A stretch of DNA of 64,000 nucleotides. It comes from a virus. Every line of letters starts with the position of its first letter. Within the stretch, counting starts at the first letter, position 1. A program made the translations under genes and the position numbers. The notes below the pieces were generated by a model, which searched no databases, had not been told where the DNA came from, and was given only the letters and a program-made list of their open reading frames with translations. Shown here one piece after another: positions 9,030-19,089 of the stretch. Location: positions 1-64,000 of the IMG/VR virus record IMGVR_UViG_3300042888_001738; one strand, written 5' to 3'.

Positions 9030-12000
9030 ATGGCTAACGAATTTATTCTAAGAAAAGGGTTAATTAGCTTGGGTGGGGTGACATTTCCCCTAACTCAAGT
9101 TTCAAGCACCTATACAGTGGACTCAACAGATTATTTTGTTGACGCAATATCAGGTACATTTACTATCTCATTACCTACTGCGGTCGGTATTAAGGGTCAA
9201 ATCTATCAAATAAAAAATGCAGGTAGCGGAACAATTACCGTTGACCCAAATGGTACTCAAACCATCGATGGTCAACTTACGGTTACGCTTACTCAAAATG
9301 AAAACTTATATATAGTAAGTGATGGTGCCAATTGGTTACTTGCTGGTGCTGACGGCACTTCAGGATCAAGTGGTACATCAGGTACTAGTGGCTCGAGCGG
9401 AAGCTCAGGAACTAGCGGATCTTCAGGATCAAGTGGGTCAAGTGGAAGTTCAGGTACAAGTGGAAGTAGTGGAACATCTGGATCTTCAGGTTCAAGTGGT
9501 ACTAGCGGAAGTTCAGGTTCTTCAGGAACTAGTGGAAGCTCAGGTACAAGCGGAAGTAGTGGTACATCAGGTTCTTCAGGAACTAGCGGAAGCTCAGGTT
9601 CAAGTGGAACATCTGGGTCTTCGGGTTCGTCAGGGACAAGCGGAAGTAGTGGTACGTCAGGATCATCGGGAACATCAGGTACAAGTGGTTCTTCAGGAAG
9701 TTCAGGTACTAGTGGATCGAGCGGTACAAGTGGGTCAAGTGGTAGTAGCGGAACAAGCGGGTCTTCAGGGTCAAGCGGAACGTCAGGTTCTTCAGGTACG
9801 AGCGGATCAAGCGGTACAAGTGGAAGCTCAGGTTCTTCAGGAACATCTGGATCAAGTGGTAGTAGCGGAACAAGCGGAAGCTCAGGTTCAAGTGGAACAA
9901 GCGGAAGCTCAGGATCATCGGGAACTAGTGGTAGTTCAGGCACTAGCGGATCGAGTGGAAGTAGCGGAACATCAGGTTCAAGCGGTAGCAGTGGTACGTC
10001 AGGTTCTTCAGGAACTAGTGGATCTTCAGGTACATCAGGTACATCAGGTTCAAGTGGTACGAGCGGTACAAGTGGTAGCTCAGGATCATCGGGAACTAGT
10101 GGTAGCTCAGGTTCAAGTGGAACATCAGGATCATCAGGTACTAGCGGATCAAGTGGAAGTAGTGGGACATCAGGTTCAAGCGGAAGTTCAGGTACATCTG
10201 GTTCTTCGGGAACATCAGGATCAAGCGGTACAAGTGGTTCCAGTGGATCATCGGGTACAAGCGGAAGTTCAGGTTCTTCAGGTACATCAGGTAGTAGTGG
10301 ATCATCGGGCACAAGCGGAAGCTCAGGTTCTTCAGGTACATCAGGTAGTAGTGGAACATCAGGATCTTCAGGAACAAGTGGTTCTAGCGGATCATCGGGT
10401 ACAAGTGGAAGTTCAGGTTCGTCTGGTACAAGCGGAAGTAGTGGAACTAGTGGATCTTCGGGAACAAGCGGAAGTTCAGGATCAAGTGGGACATCAGGGT
10501 CAAGTGGAACTAGCGGATCGAGTGGAAGTAGCGGTACATCAGGATCAAGCGGTAGCAGTGGGACATCAGGATCTTCAGGAACTAGTGGATCTTCAGGTAC
10601 ATCAGGTTCGTCAGGTTCGTCAGGAACAAGTGGAAGTAGTGGTACATCAGGTTCATCAGGAAGTTCAGGAACGTCTGGATCTTCGGGTACAAGTGGGTCA
10701 TCTGGATCAAGCGGTACATCAGGTAGTAGTGGAACAAGCGGATCTTCAGGCTCAAGTGGTACTTCGGGAAGTTCAGGTACATCTGGATCAAGCGGAACAA
10801 GTGGTTCTTCAGGATCTAGCGGTACTTCAGGTTCATCAGGAAGTTCAGGAACGTCTGGATCAAGCGGATCTTCAGGTACTAGCGGAAGTAGTGGAACATC
10901 AGGATCTAGCGGTTCATCGGGTACTTCTGGTTCATCTGGAACTTCAGGAAGTTCAGGTACTAGCGGATCAAGCGGTACGAGTGGAAGTTCAGGTTCAAGT
11001 GGAACATCAGGTTCTAGCGGTACATCAGGATCTAGCGGTACATCAGGATCTAGCGGTACGAGCGGTTCTTCAGGTACAAGCGGAAGTAGTGGTTCATCAG
11101 GAACTAGCGGAAGTTCAGGGACATCCGGATCAAGCGGTACTTCAGGTAGCTCAGGTTCAAGTGGTACTAGTGGAAGCTCAGGAACATCTGGATCAAGTGG
11201 TTCTTCAGGAACTAGCGGAAGTTCAGGTACATCTGGTTCTTCGGGAACTAGTGGAAGCTCAGGATCAAGCGGAACATCAGGATCATCAGGTTCAAGTGGA
11301 ACAAGCGGATCAAGTGGAAGTAGTGGTACTAGCGGGTCTTCGGGATCAAGCGGTACATCAGGTAGTAGTGGAACTAGCGGATCTTCAGGGACTAGCGGAA
11401 GCTCAGGTTCTTCAGGAACATCAGGCTCAAGTGGGACTAGCGGATCATCAGGTACGAGCGGTAGTTCAGGTACTTCAGGATCAAGTGGTTCGTCAGGTAC
11501 ATCTGGATCATCAGGAACATCAGGTTCTTCAGGATCTAGTGGTACAAGTGGAAGTTCAGGTACATCTGGTTCAAGCGGTACAAGTGGTTCTTCAGGTACC
11601 TCAGGTTCAAGTGGTTCATCAGGGACATCAGGTTCAAGTGGTTCATCAGGAACTAGCGGCTCAAGTGGAACAAGTGGTTCAAGTGGTACTTCAGGTTCTT
11701 CAGGATCAAGCGGAACATCTGGATCGTCAGGTACTAGCGGATCAAGTGGGTCTTCAGGTACGAGCGGTTCTTCAGGTACATCAGGTTCAAGCGGTACAAG
11801 TGGATCTTCAGGTTCATCTGGTACTAGTGGTTCTAGCGGAAGTTCAGGTACATCCGGATCAAGTGGTACTTCTGGATCATCAGGTAGCAGTGGAACAAGT
11901 GGATCTTCAGGAACAAGTGGATCTTCAGGAACAAGTGGTTCTAGCGGAAGTAGTGGAACATCAGGATCAAGTGGTTCATCGGGAACGTCAGGATCTTCAG

Positions 12001-15000
12001 GTACTAGCGGAAGCTCAGGAACATCTGGATCAAGTGGAAGTAGTGGTACTAGCGGATCTTCGGGATCAAGCGGTACATCAGGTAGTAGTGGATCAAGTGG
12101 AAGTAGTGGTACTAGCGGATCTTCGGGATCAAGCGGTACATCAGGTAGTAGTGGAACAAGTGGGTCTTCAGGTACTAGCGGAAGCTCAGGAACATCTGGA
12201 TCAAGCGGTACAAGCGGAAGCTCAGGAACTAGCGGATCAAGCGGTACTAGTGGAAGCTCAGGTTCATCAGGTACTAGTGGATCTTCAGGTACGTCAGGTA
12301 GTAGCGGAACAAGTGGTTCATCAGGAACATCAGGATCAAGTGGAAGTAGTGGTACGAGCGGAAGTTCAGGTTCAAGTGGAACATCAGGATCTAGCGGTTC
12401 ATCGGGAACAAGTGGTTCTTCAGGAACATCAGGTTCAAGTGGTACAAGTGGATCTTCAGGTTCATCAGGAACTAGTGGAAGTTCGGGTACATCTGGATCT
12501 TCAGGTACTAGCGGTTCATCAGGGACTTCAGGTAGTAGCGGAACAAGCGGATCTTCAGGAAGTTCGGGTACATCAGGATCAAGTGGATCTTCAGGGACAA
12601 GTGGAAGTAGTGGAACGTCTGGAAGCTCAGGCACATCAGGATCTTCAGGATCAAGTGGAACTAGTGGAAGTTCAGGTTCAAGCGGAACATCTGGATCTTC
12701 AGGGACAAGCGGAAGTAGCGGAACAAGTGGTTCAAGCGGTTCTTCAGGAAAGTCAGGATCTTCAGGTAGTAGTGGAACATCAGGGTCTTCAGGTACAAGT
12801 GGTAGTTCAGGATCTTCAGGTACTAGCGGATCCTCAGGAACATCTGGATCAAGTGGGACATCAGGTAGTAGTGGTACAAGCGGAAGTTCAGGTACATCTG
12901 GATCTTCAGGAAGTAGCGGTACAAGTGGAAGTAGCGGGTCTTCAGGTACTTCAGGATCAAGCGGTACATCAGGTAGTTCAGGAACATCAGGTTCAAGTGG
13001 AACAAGTGGGTCTTCAGGAACAAGTGGTTCTAGCGGAAGTTCAGGTACGAGCGGAAGTAGTGGAACTAGCGGATCTTCAGGAACATCAGGAAGCTCAGGC
13101 TCAAGTGGTATTAGTGGTTCTAGTGGAAGTTCAGGCACATCAGGATCTTCAGGTACAAGTGGTAGTTCAGGATCATCGGGAACTAGTGGTTCTTCAGGTA
13201 CATCAGGTTCAAGTGGTACAAGTGGAAGCTCAGGTTCATCAGGTACTAGTGGATCAAGTGGTACGAGTGGAAGCTCAGGTTCAAGCGGTACAAGTGGTAG
13301 TAGTGGAACATCAGGAAGTTCAGGAACAAGCGGTTCAAGCGGATCTTCAGGAAAGTCTGGATCTTCAGGTAGTAGTGGGACATCAGGTTCAAGTGGTACA
13401 AGCGGATCTTCAGGTTCATCAGGTACGAGCGGAAGTTCAGGAACTAGTGGATCGTCAGGGACATCAGGATCTAGCGGATCTTCAGGTACTAGCGGATCTT
13501 CAGGTACTAGTGGAAGTTCAGGATCTAGCGGTACAAGTGGTAGTTCAGGAACATCTGGATCTTCAGGTTCATCAGGAACAAGCGGAAGCTCAGGAACATC
13601 TGGATCAAGCGGTACTAGCGGTAATAGCGGAAGTTCAGGTTCATCAGGAACATCTGGATCAAGCGGTACTAGCGGAAGTTCAGGAACATCTGGATCTTCA
13701 GGAACTAGCGGTAATAGCGGAAGTTCAGGATCAAGTGGTACTAGCGGAAGCTCAGGTACATCTGGATCAAGCGGTACTAGCGGTAATAGCGGAAGTTCAG
13801 GATCAAGCGGTACTAGCGGAAGTTCAGGTACATCTGGATCAAGCGGTACTAGCGGTAATAGCGGAAGTTCAGGATCAAGCGGTACTAGCGGAAGCTCAGG
13901 AACATCTGGATCAAGCGGTACTAGCGGTAATAGCGGAAGCTCAGGTTCATCAGGAACATCAGGATCAAGCGGTACTAGCGGAAGCTCAGGAACATCTGGA
14001 TCTTCAGGAACTAGCGGTAATAGCGGAAGTTCAGGATCGTCAGGAACAAGCGGAAGCTCAGGTACATCTGGATCAAGCGGTACTAGCGGTAATAGCGGAA
14101 GTTCAGGATCAAGCGGTACTAGCGGAAGTTCAGGTACATCTGGATCAAGCGGTACTAGCGGTAATAGCGGAAGCTCAGGTTCATCAGGAACATCAGGATC
14201 AAGCGGTACTAGCGGAAGCTCAGGAACATCTGGATCTTCAGGAACAAGCGGAAGCTCAGGTACATCTGGATCAAGCGGTACTAGCGGTAATAGCGGAAGT
14301 TCAGGATCAAGCGGTACTAGCGGAAGTTCAGGTACATCTGGATCAAGCGGTACTAGCGGAAGCTCAGGTTCATCAGGTAAATCTGGTAGCTCAGGATCAA
14401 GTGGTACTAGCGGAAGCTCAGGAACATCTGGATCTTCAGGAACTAGCGGTAATAGCGGAAGTTCAGGATCGTCAGGAACATCTGGATCAAGCGGTACTAG
14501 CGGAAGTTCAGGAACATCTGGATCTTCAGGAACTAGCGGTAATAGCGGAAGTTCAGGTTCATCAGGAACATCTGGATCAAGCGGTACTAGCGGAAGTTCA
14601 GGAACATCTGGATCTTCAGGAACTAGCGGTAATAGCGGAAGTTCAGGTTCATCAGGAACATCTGGATCAAGCGGTACTAGCGGAAGTTCAGGAACATCTG
14701 GATCTTCAGGAACTAGCGGTAATAGCGGAAGTTCAGGATCGTCAGGAACAAGCGGAAGCTCAGGTACATCAGGAACATCTGGATCTTCAGGAACGTCAGG
14801 ATCAAGTGGTACTAGCGGTAATAGCGGAAGCTCAGGATCAAGTGGTACTAGTGGAAGTTCAGGTACATCAGGATCAAGCGGTACAAGCGGAAGTTCAGGG
14901 TCATCAGGTAAATCTGGAAGTTCAGGATCATCAGGAACAAGCGGAGAGTCGGGTTCATCTGGATCAAGCGGAACTAGCGGTGTTGGCGGAAGCTCAGGAT

Positions 15001-17342
15001 CATCAGGAACAAGTGGAAGTTCAGGTACTTCAGGATCATCGGGTACAAGTGGATCTTCAGGGACATCTGGATCAAGTGGAACTTCAGGAACAACAGGTAA
15101 ATCTGGAAGTTCTGGAAGTTCTGGAACAAGCGGTTCATCAGGTACTTCAGGATCTTCAGGAACATCTGGATCGAGCGGTACATCAGGAGCAGCAGGAACT
15201 TCAGGATCGAGCGGTACATCAGGAGCGGCAGGAACTAGCGGAAGTTCAGGAACTTCAGGGGTATCTTTACAAGTATTAGATGAAGGAACTTCTTTAACTA
15301 CGGCAGCGTCATCAATGAACTTTGTGGGAACTGGCGTTACTGTCACAAGCACGGGTAGTTCAGTTACTGTAAATATTACAGGTGGAGGTGGTGGTGGATC
15401 AATACCAGGATCTAACAATCAAGTTATCACATCAGATGGTGCAGGTGGAGCAGTTGCCGAATCATTATTAACATTTGACGGTACGATCACATCTCCTTAT
15501 TTGAATGTTAATAGTGTTACAGTAGGTAGAGGAAATAATAACGTCGCATCCAACATTTCAATCGGAGATGTTGCATTTAATGCCGCCGCAAACGGGTCGT
15601 ATAATATTGCCTTAGGTAAGGCGGTTTTACGAGGTATTACAAGTGGTGTGTGTAATATTGGTATCGGATTCGGAGCTCAAAACACTAATAACGTTTGTAA
15701 TGTAATTGCTATTGGTAAAAGTGCTTTGTATTATAATACAGCAAGTAGTACAATTGGTATTGGTGATTTCGCATTGAGACTTAATACCGGTGTAGGTAAT
15801 ACCGCGGTTGGTTATAGATCTATTGAAAATAATGGTATTGGTGTATATAACACAGCATTGGGTTTTGGTACTTTATTAAGTAATACTAGTGGTTCTCGAA
15901 ACGTCGCAATTGGTTCTGGAGCTTTTTGTCCCGGATCCCCAACGTCATTTAACACTCGTACTCTTGGTAAAAATCAAGGTGGTTACAACAATATTGGAAT
16001 TGGTGTTGGTGCATTACATAATAATGTAAATAATTCTCAACTTATCGCGATTGGTGTTGGGGCGTTATACAAAAATAATGGTGGAGTAAGAAACGTTGCG
16101 ATAGGTACTTGCTCTTTAGTGTATAACTCCACTGGAGTATGTAATATTGGGATTGGATATGAGAGTTTAGCAACTAATTCATATGGTGGTTGTAACATTG
16201 CAATAGGAGGAAGTCAAACACTATTTAATAACACCCTTGGTGGTGCAAACATTGCCATGGGTGTTGCTTTATACAATAACACTATTGGTAATCATAACAT
16301 TGCCTTAGGAAGATCTGCACTTTACACAAATACCACTGGTTGTGGTAATATTGCATTAGGTAGAAGAGCTTTAGCGTTTAATACCATAGGTGGATACAAC
16401 ATTGCAATGGGTCGAGGAGCAATGTATTGTAACGACAGAGGATTAAATAATGTTGCAATAGGTAGAAGTGCTCTTTATGAAAACGTTACTGGTAACGGAT
16501 CTGTTGCCATCGGTGTAAGATCATTAGCCTGTGCTAATACAGGAGGGGTCTATGGATTCCCTAACACTGCTGTTGGATCTGAGTCTCTGTATAATAACAC
16601 AACAGGATATTATAATACTGCGATTGGTTTCAGAGCGGCTTTCACCCTTTCAACTGGTTGTAGGAATACTGCTGTTGGTCATAGGGCATTATGTAGTAGT
16701 ACTTATGCATATGATAACGTTGCGGTAGGTGAAGGTGCGTTGTTAGGCAATACCACAGGGTTCAATAACGTTGGTGTTGGTCAGGGTACATTGTTAGCTA
16801 ATACAGTTGGGTATTCATCAACAGCATTAGGTTTTAGGGCCGGGGGTAATTTTACATATAACTATCAAATTGCGGTAGGTGCCAACGCGGTAACAACTAA
16901 TGTTGCATACCACACAGTTTGGGGTTCTGCGGCTAACAATGTTTATAACTGTGTGTGGGTCGCTTGGACAAACGTTTCGGATTGTAGAGATAAAGTTTGT
17001 ATTGAGACCATACCAACAAACTTAGGTTTACCATTTGTTAAAAGATTAAATCCTGTTTCATTCAATTGGGATACTAGACAATCATATGTTGATAGATGTA
17101 AATACGAATATGGTCAAAAAGACGGAACGTTATCAGGATCAACAAAAGAATATGGTATAATTGCCCAAGAAGTTGAGGAAGTAATGAATGAATTGGGCGT
17201 TAGGTTTGATGCATTAAAACACAATGAGAAAGATGACGCATACCGTTTCACTTATGAAGGTTTATTCGCACCAATTATTAAATCAATTCAAGAGTTATCG
17301 GATAAAATTGATGATTTAGAAGAAAGAATAAATAAATCATAA
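9030..17342 (+). CDS. giant collagen-like tail fibre 2 with beta-roll head and C-terminal peptidase S74 chaperone (2770 aa)
   Basis: N-terminal fibre domain (FTISLPTAVG...TITVDPNGTQTIDG), ~1974 aa of Gly-X-Y, ~14-aa N(I/T/V)A(I/L/V)G repeats, and an S74 signature (VSDCRDK...LNPVSF...GIIAQEV...coiled coil). Confidence 0.85.
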   Translation: MANEFILRKGLISLGGVTFPLTQVSSTYTVDSTDYFVDAISGTFTISLPTAVGIKGQIYQIKNAGSGTITVDPNGTQTIDGQLTVTLTQNENLYIVSDGANWLLAGADGTSGSSGTSGTSGSSGSSGTSGSSGSSGSSGSSGTSGSSGTSGSSGSSGTSGSSGSSGTSGSSGTSGSSGTSGSSGTSGSSGSSGTSGSSGSSGTSGSSGTSGSSGTSGTSGSSGSSGTSGSSGTSGSSGSSGTSGSSGSSGTSGSSGTSGSSGTSGSSGSSGTSGSSGSSGTSGSSGSSGTSGSSGSSGTSGSSGTSGSSGSSGTSGSSGSSGTSGSSGTSGSSGTSGTSGSSGTSGTSGSSGSSGTSGSSGSSGTSGSSGTSGSSGSSGTSGSSGSSGTSGSSGTSGSSGTSGSSGSSGTSGSSGSSGTSGSSGSSGTSGSSGSSGTSGSSGTSGSSGTSGSSGSSGTSGSSGSSGTSGSSGTSGSSGTSGSSGSSGTSGSSGTSGSSGSSGTSGSSGSSGTSGSSGTSGSSGTSGSSGSSGTSGSSGTSGSSGSSGTSGSSGTSGSSGSSGTSGSSGTSGSSGSSGTSGSSGTSGSSGTSGSSGSSGTSGSSGSSGTSGSSGSSGTSGSSGTSGSSGSSGTSGSSGTSGSSGTSGSSGTSGSSGSSGTSGSSGTSGSSGTSGSSGTSGSSGTSGSSGSSGTSGSSGTSGSSGTSGSSGSSGTSGSSGTSGSSGSSGTSGSSGTSGSSGTSGSSGSSGTSGSSGSSGTSGSSGSSGTSGSSGSSGTSGSSGTSGSSGTSGSSGSSGTSGSSGTSGSSGTSGSSGTSGSSGSSGTSGSSGTSGSSGSSGTSGSSGTSGSSGTSGSSGTSGSSGSSGTSGSSGSSGTSGSSGTSGSSGTSGSSGSSGTSGSSGTSGSSGSSGTSGSSGTSGSSGTSGSSGSSGTSGSSGSSGTSGSSGTSGSSGSSGTSGSSGTSGSSGTSGSSGSSGTSGSSGSSGTSGSSGTSGSSGTSGSSGSSGTSGSSGSSGTSGSSGSSGSSGTSGSSGSSGTSGSSGTSGSSGTSGSSGTSGSSGTSGSSGTSGSSGTSGSSGSSGTSGSSGTSGSSGTSGSSGTSGSSGSSGTSGSSGSSGTSGSSGSSGTSGSSGTSGSSGTSGSSGSSGTSGSSGTSGSSGTSGSSGTSGSSGTSGSSGSSGTSGSSGSSGTSGSSGTSGSSGTSGSSGSSGTSGSSGSSGTSGSSGTSGSSGTSGSSGSSGKSGSSGSSGTSGSSGTSGSSGSSGTSGSSGTSGSSGTSGSSGTSGSSGTSGSSGSSGTSGSSGSSGTSGSSGTSGSSGTSGSSGTSGSSGTSGSSGSSGTSGSSGTSGSSGTSGSSGSSGISGSSGSSGTSGSSGTSGSSGSSGTSGSSGTSGSSGTSGSSGSSGTSGSSGTSGSSGSSGTSGSSGTSGSSGTSGSSGSSGKSGSSGSSGTSGSSGTSGSSGSSGTSGSSGTSGSSGTSGSSGSSGTSGSSGTSGSSGSSGTSGSSGTSGSSGSSGTSGSSGTSGSSGTSGNSGSSGSSGTSGSSGTSGSSGTSGSSGTSGNSGSSGSSGTSGSSGTSGSSGTSGNSGSSGSSGTSGSSGTSGSSGTSGNSGSSGSSGTSGSSGTSGSSGTSGNSGSSGSSGTSGSSGTSGSSGTSGSSGTSGNSGSSGSSGTSGSSGTSGSSGTSGNSGSSGSSGTSGSSGTSGSSGTSGNSGSSGSSGTSGSSGTSGSSGTSGSSGTSGSSGTSGSSGTSGNSGSSGSSGTSGSSGTSGSSGTSGSSGSSGKSGSSGSSGTSGSSGTSGSSGTSGNSGSSGSSGTSGSSGTSGSSGTSGSSGTSGNSGSSGSSGTSGSSGTSGSSGTSGSSGTSGNSGSSGSSGTSGSSGTSGSSGTSGSSGTSGNSGSSGSSGTSGSSGTSGTSGSSGTSGSSGTSGNSGSSGSSGTSGSSGTSGSSGTSGSSGSSGKSGSSGSSGTSGESGSSGSSGTSGVGGSSGSSGTSGSSGTSGSSGTSGSSGTSGSSGTSGTTGKSGSSGSSGTSGSSGTSGSSGTSGSSGTSGAAGTSGSSGTSGAAGTSGSSGTSGVSLQVLDEGTSLTTAASSMNFVGTGVTVTSTGSSVTVNITGGGGGGSIPGSNNQVITSDGAGGAVAESLLTFDGTITSPYLNVNSVTVGRGNNNVASNISIGDVAFNAAANGSYNIALGKAVLRGITSGVCNIGIGFGAQNTNNVCNVIAIGKSALYYNTASSTIGIGDFALRLNTGVGNTAVGYRSIENNGIGVYNTALGFGTLLSNTSGSRNVAIGSGAFCPGSPTSFNTRTLGKNQGGYNNIGIGVGALHNNVNNSQLIAIGVGALYKNNGGVRNVAIGTCSLVYNSTGVCNIGIGYESLATNSYGGCNIAIGGSQTLFNNTLGGANIAMGVALYNNTIGNHNIALGRSALYTNTTGCGNIALGRRALAFNTIGGYNIAMGRGAMYCNDRGLNNVAIGRSALYENVTGNGSVAIGVRSLACANTGGVYGFPNTAVGSESLYNNTTGYYNTAIGFRAAFTLSTGCRNTAVGHRALCSSTYAYDNVAVGEGALLGNTTGFNNVGVGQGTLLANTVGYSSTALGFRAGGNFTYNYQIAVGANAVTTNVAYHTVWGSAANNVYNCVWVAWTNVSDCRDKVCIETIPTNLGLPFVKRLNPVSFNWDTRQSYVDRCKYEYGQKDGTLSGSTKEYGIIAQEVEEVMNELGVRFDALKHNEKDDAYRFTYEGLFAPIIKSIQELSDKIDDLEERINKS
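9342..15263 (+). repeat. 9-nt-period Gly-X-Y coding repeat (~658 triplets)
   Basis: 5922 nt = 658 x 9; SGT/SGS dominate, with a GNS-rich sub-block at ~13615-14830. Confidence 0.9.
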
Positions 17343-17374
17343 TACACTTTGAGTGTATTATGATTTATTTTTTT
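17330..17374 (+). terminator. perfect 19-bp inverted repeat / terminator
   Basis: AAATAAATCATAATACACT-ttg-AGTGTATTATGATTTATTT followed by Ts; spans the fibre stop codon. Confidence 0.65.
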
Positions 17375-17385
17375 AATAAAAATTT

Positions 17386-18201
17386 ATGAAAAAAATATTT
17401 TTTAACTCGTCACTACCAAGAGCAGGATCAACATTGATTCAAAATATATTAATGCACAACCCAAAAATTCACTCGACCCCAACTTCAGGTCTTTCGGAAT
17501 TATTGCTAAATGCAAGAACCCTATATTCGACAGGAGATGCTTTCAGGGCTCAAAACGAAGAAGAAATGGAAAAGGCATTTAAAGGGTTTTGTAATTCAGC
17601 ACTTCATGGTTATTTTGAGAATATTACAGATAGACCTTATGTGATTGATAAAAGTAGAGCTTGGTTAGGTCATTATGGGTTTTTGGATTGGTTCTACGAA
17701 AAACCAAAAATTATTGTAATGGTTAGAGATTTAAGAAGTATATTTTCTTCTATGGAAAAAAACTTTAGGAAAAATCCACATAAAGATCCACTTATCGTTA
17801 ATGGTACTGAATTGAAGAATATGACGACATCCGCAAGAGTTAACCATTTCTCAATATCACCCCCCGTGGGACCAAGTATTGAGTGGTTATTTGAAACAAT
17901 TCATCAAGGATTACACGAAAATATTTTATTTATTAAGTTTGAGGATTTAACAACTAATCCAAAAAAAGAAATAGATAAGATTTACAGATATTTAGAATTA
18001 GAACCGTTTGATCATGATTTTGACAACATCCAACAATTAACCCATGAAAATGACACTATACATGGTATATTTGGTGATCACAAAATCAAAAATAAAATTT
18101 CGCCCGTTGTTGAAGATTATAATGAAATTTTAGGGAAAGGGGAAGCGGACAGAATTAAAGAACATTATAATTGGTTCTATCAATTTTTTAATTATTTATA
18201 A
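17386..18201 (+). CDS. PAPS-dependent sulfotransferase (Sulfotransfer_3-like)
   Basis: 5'-PSB motif SLPRAGSTL, DKS, 3'-PB motif VRDLRSIFSS, and IKFEDL. Confidence 0.85.
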   Translation: MKKIFFNSSLPRAGSTLIQNILMHNPKIHSTPTSGLSELLLNARTLYSTGDAFRAQNEEEMEKAFKGFCNSALHGYFENITDRPYVIDKSRAWLGHYGFLDWFYEKPKIIVMVRDLRSIFSSMEKNFRKNPHKDPLIVNGTELKNMTTSARVNHFSISPPVGPSIEWLFETIHQGLHENILFIKFEDLTTNPKKEIDKIYRYLELEPFDHDFDNIQQLTHENDTIHGIFGDHKIKNKISPVVEDYNEILGKGEADRIKEHYNWFYQFFNYL

Positions 18202-18206
18202 TAGAG

Positions 18207-18800
18207 ATGACAGATTTTAACCTTAAGAAAAAAATGGCAGAACAGGCAATACTTATTGCGGATGATTTTATTAGCTCCGATATTGCTAAGGAAATTTTAC
18301 TTAAAGATGATGAAAAAACACCAAGACAATTAACAGATCGTATTACAAGAGAAATTGAGGAACATCTTGAGATAAATAAATTTTTTATCAATAAAATTAA
18401 AGAAGAGGAAAAAAACCTTCCGACTGAGATTTTCACCGAAGAGTTTAAATCAAACTTGTTTGATAAAGTTGGTAAGATCGAGGAGTTAAAATCAGACATA
18501 CCAAAATTTTTTAATGTATCTCAATTTAACGAGATTTATGTAACAAATAGTCCTGAAGGGATATTTTTTAATTATAAAATTAATGAAAAATATGAAGGAA
18601 ATGTATTTGTTAAATTAATTATTGCATTTGATGTTTTAAAAAATAGAGACATTATAATTGGGAACCCAAAAGAAGGGTCACAAATTTTTTCAGGTACGAA
18701 TCTTGTTGGGCTTAGCATGTTGATACCTGGAAGACAATACACTTTTACGGCAATAACAAATGAAGAAAAAAGAATAAAAGTAGAAATAAGAAACAAATGA
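18207..18800 (+). CDS. hypothetical protein
   Basis: 197-aa ORF in the operon; no recognised motif. Confidence 0.55.
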   Translation: MTDFNLKKKMAEQAILIADDFISSDIAKEILLKDDEKTPRQLTDRITREIEEHLEINKFFINKIKEEEKNLPTEIFTEEFKSNLFDKVGKIEELKSDIPKFFNVSQFNEIYVTNSPEGIFFNYKINEKYEGNVFVKLIIAFDVLKNRDIIIGNPKEGSQIFSGTNLVGLSMLIPGRQYTFTAITNEEKRIKVEIRNK

Positions 18801-19045
18801 TGTCAGGTAATACACCAAATCAAGAACAAATACAAATACACATTTCATCTGCATTCGATTCAGTAAATTTAATAACCAATAAAATAACTGAGCCAAGTAA
18901 TGATCAAACAAAAAATATTGTTTTAATTAATTCTAAACATTTACAATTAATGTTACTTAAAAAATGGTTTGTGGATAGTATTACAACACAACAATATACT
19001 ACTATAAATAATTGTATTATATCAGGAATGACTTATTGTGATTAA
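18797..19045 (+). CDS. small hypothetical protein (possible fibre-associated)
   Basis: 82 aa; ATGA overlap with the previous gene. Confidence 0.5.
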   Translation: MMSGNTPNQEQIQIHISSAFDSVNLITNKITEPSNDQTKNIVLINSKHLQLMLLKKWFVDSITTQQYTTINNCIISGMTYCD

Positions 19046-19089
19046 AGATTTATTTTGATTTTACTTTTTCTATTTTTTAATAAAAAAGT

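Noticed and set aside
2933-15263. Possible CRISPR array or non-coding satellite
   Set aside because: There is no constant repeat with unique spacers; variation is mainly synonymous, which indicates protein-level selection.
9293-15418. 2041-aa antisense ORF and 1986-aa alternative-frame ORF (9319-15279)
   Set aside because: Both coincide with the repeat array and are the same low-complexity shadow effect.
15500-17342. Diversity-generating retroelement targeting the fibre tip
   Set aside because: No reverse transcriptase and no template/variable repeat pair were seen in this window.
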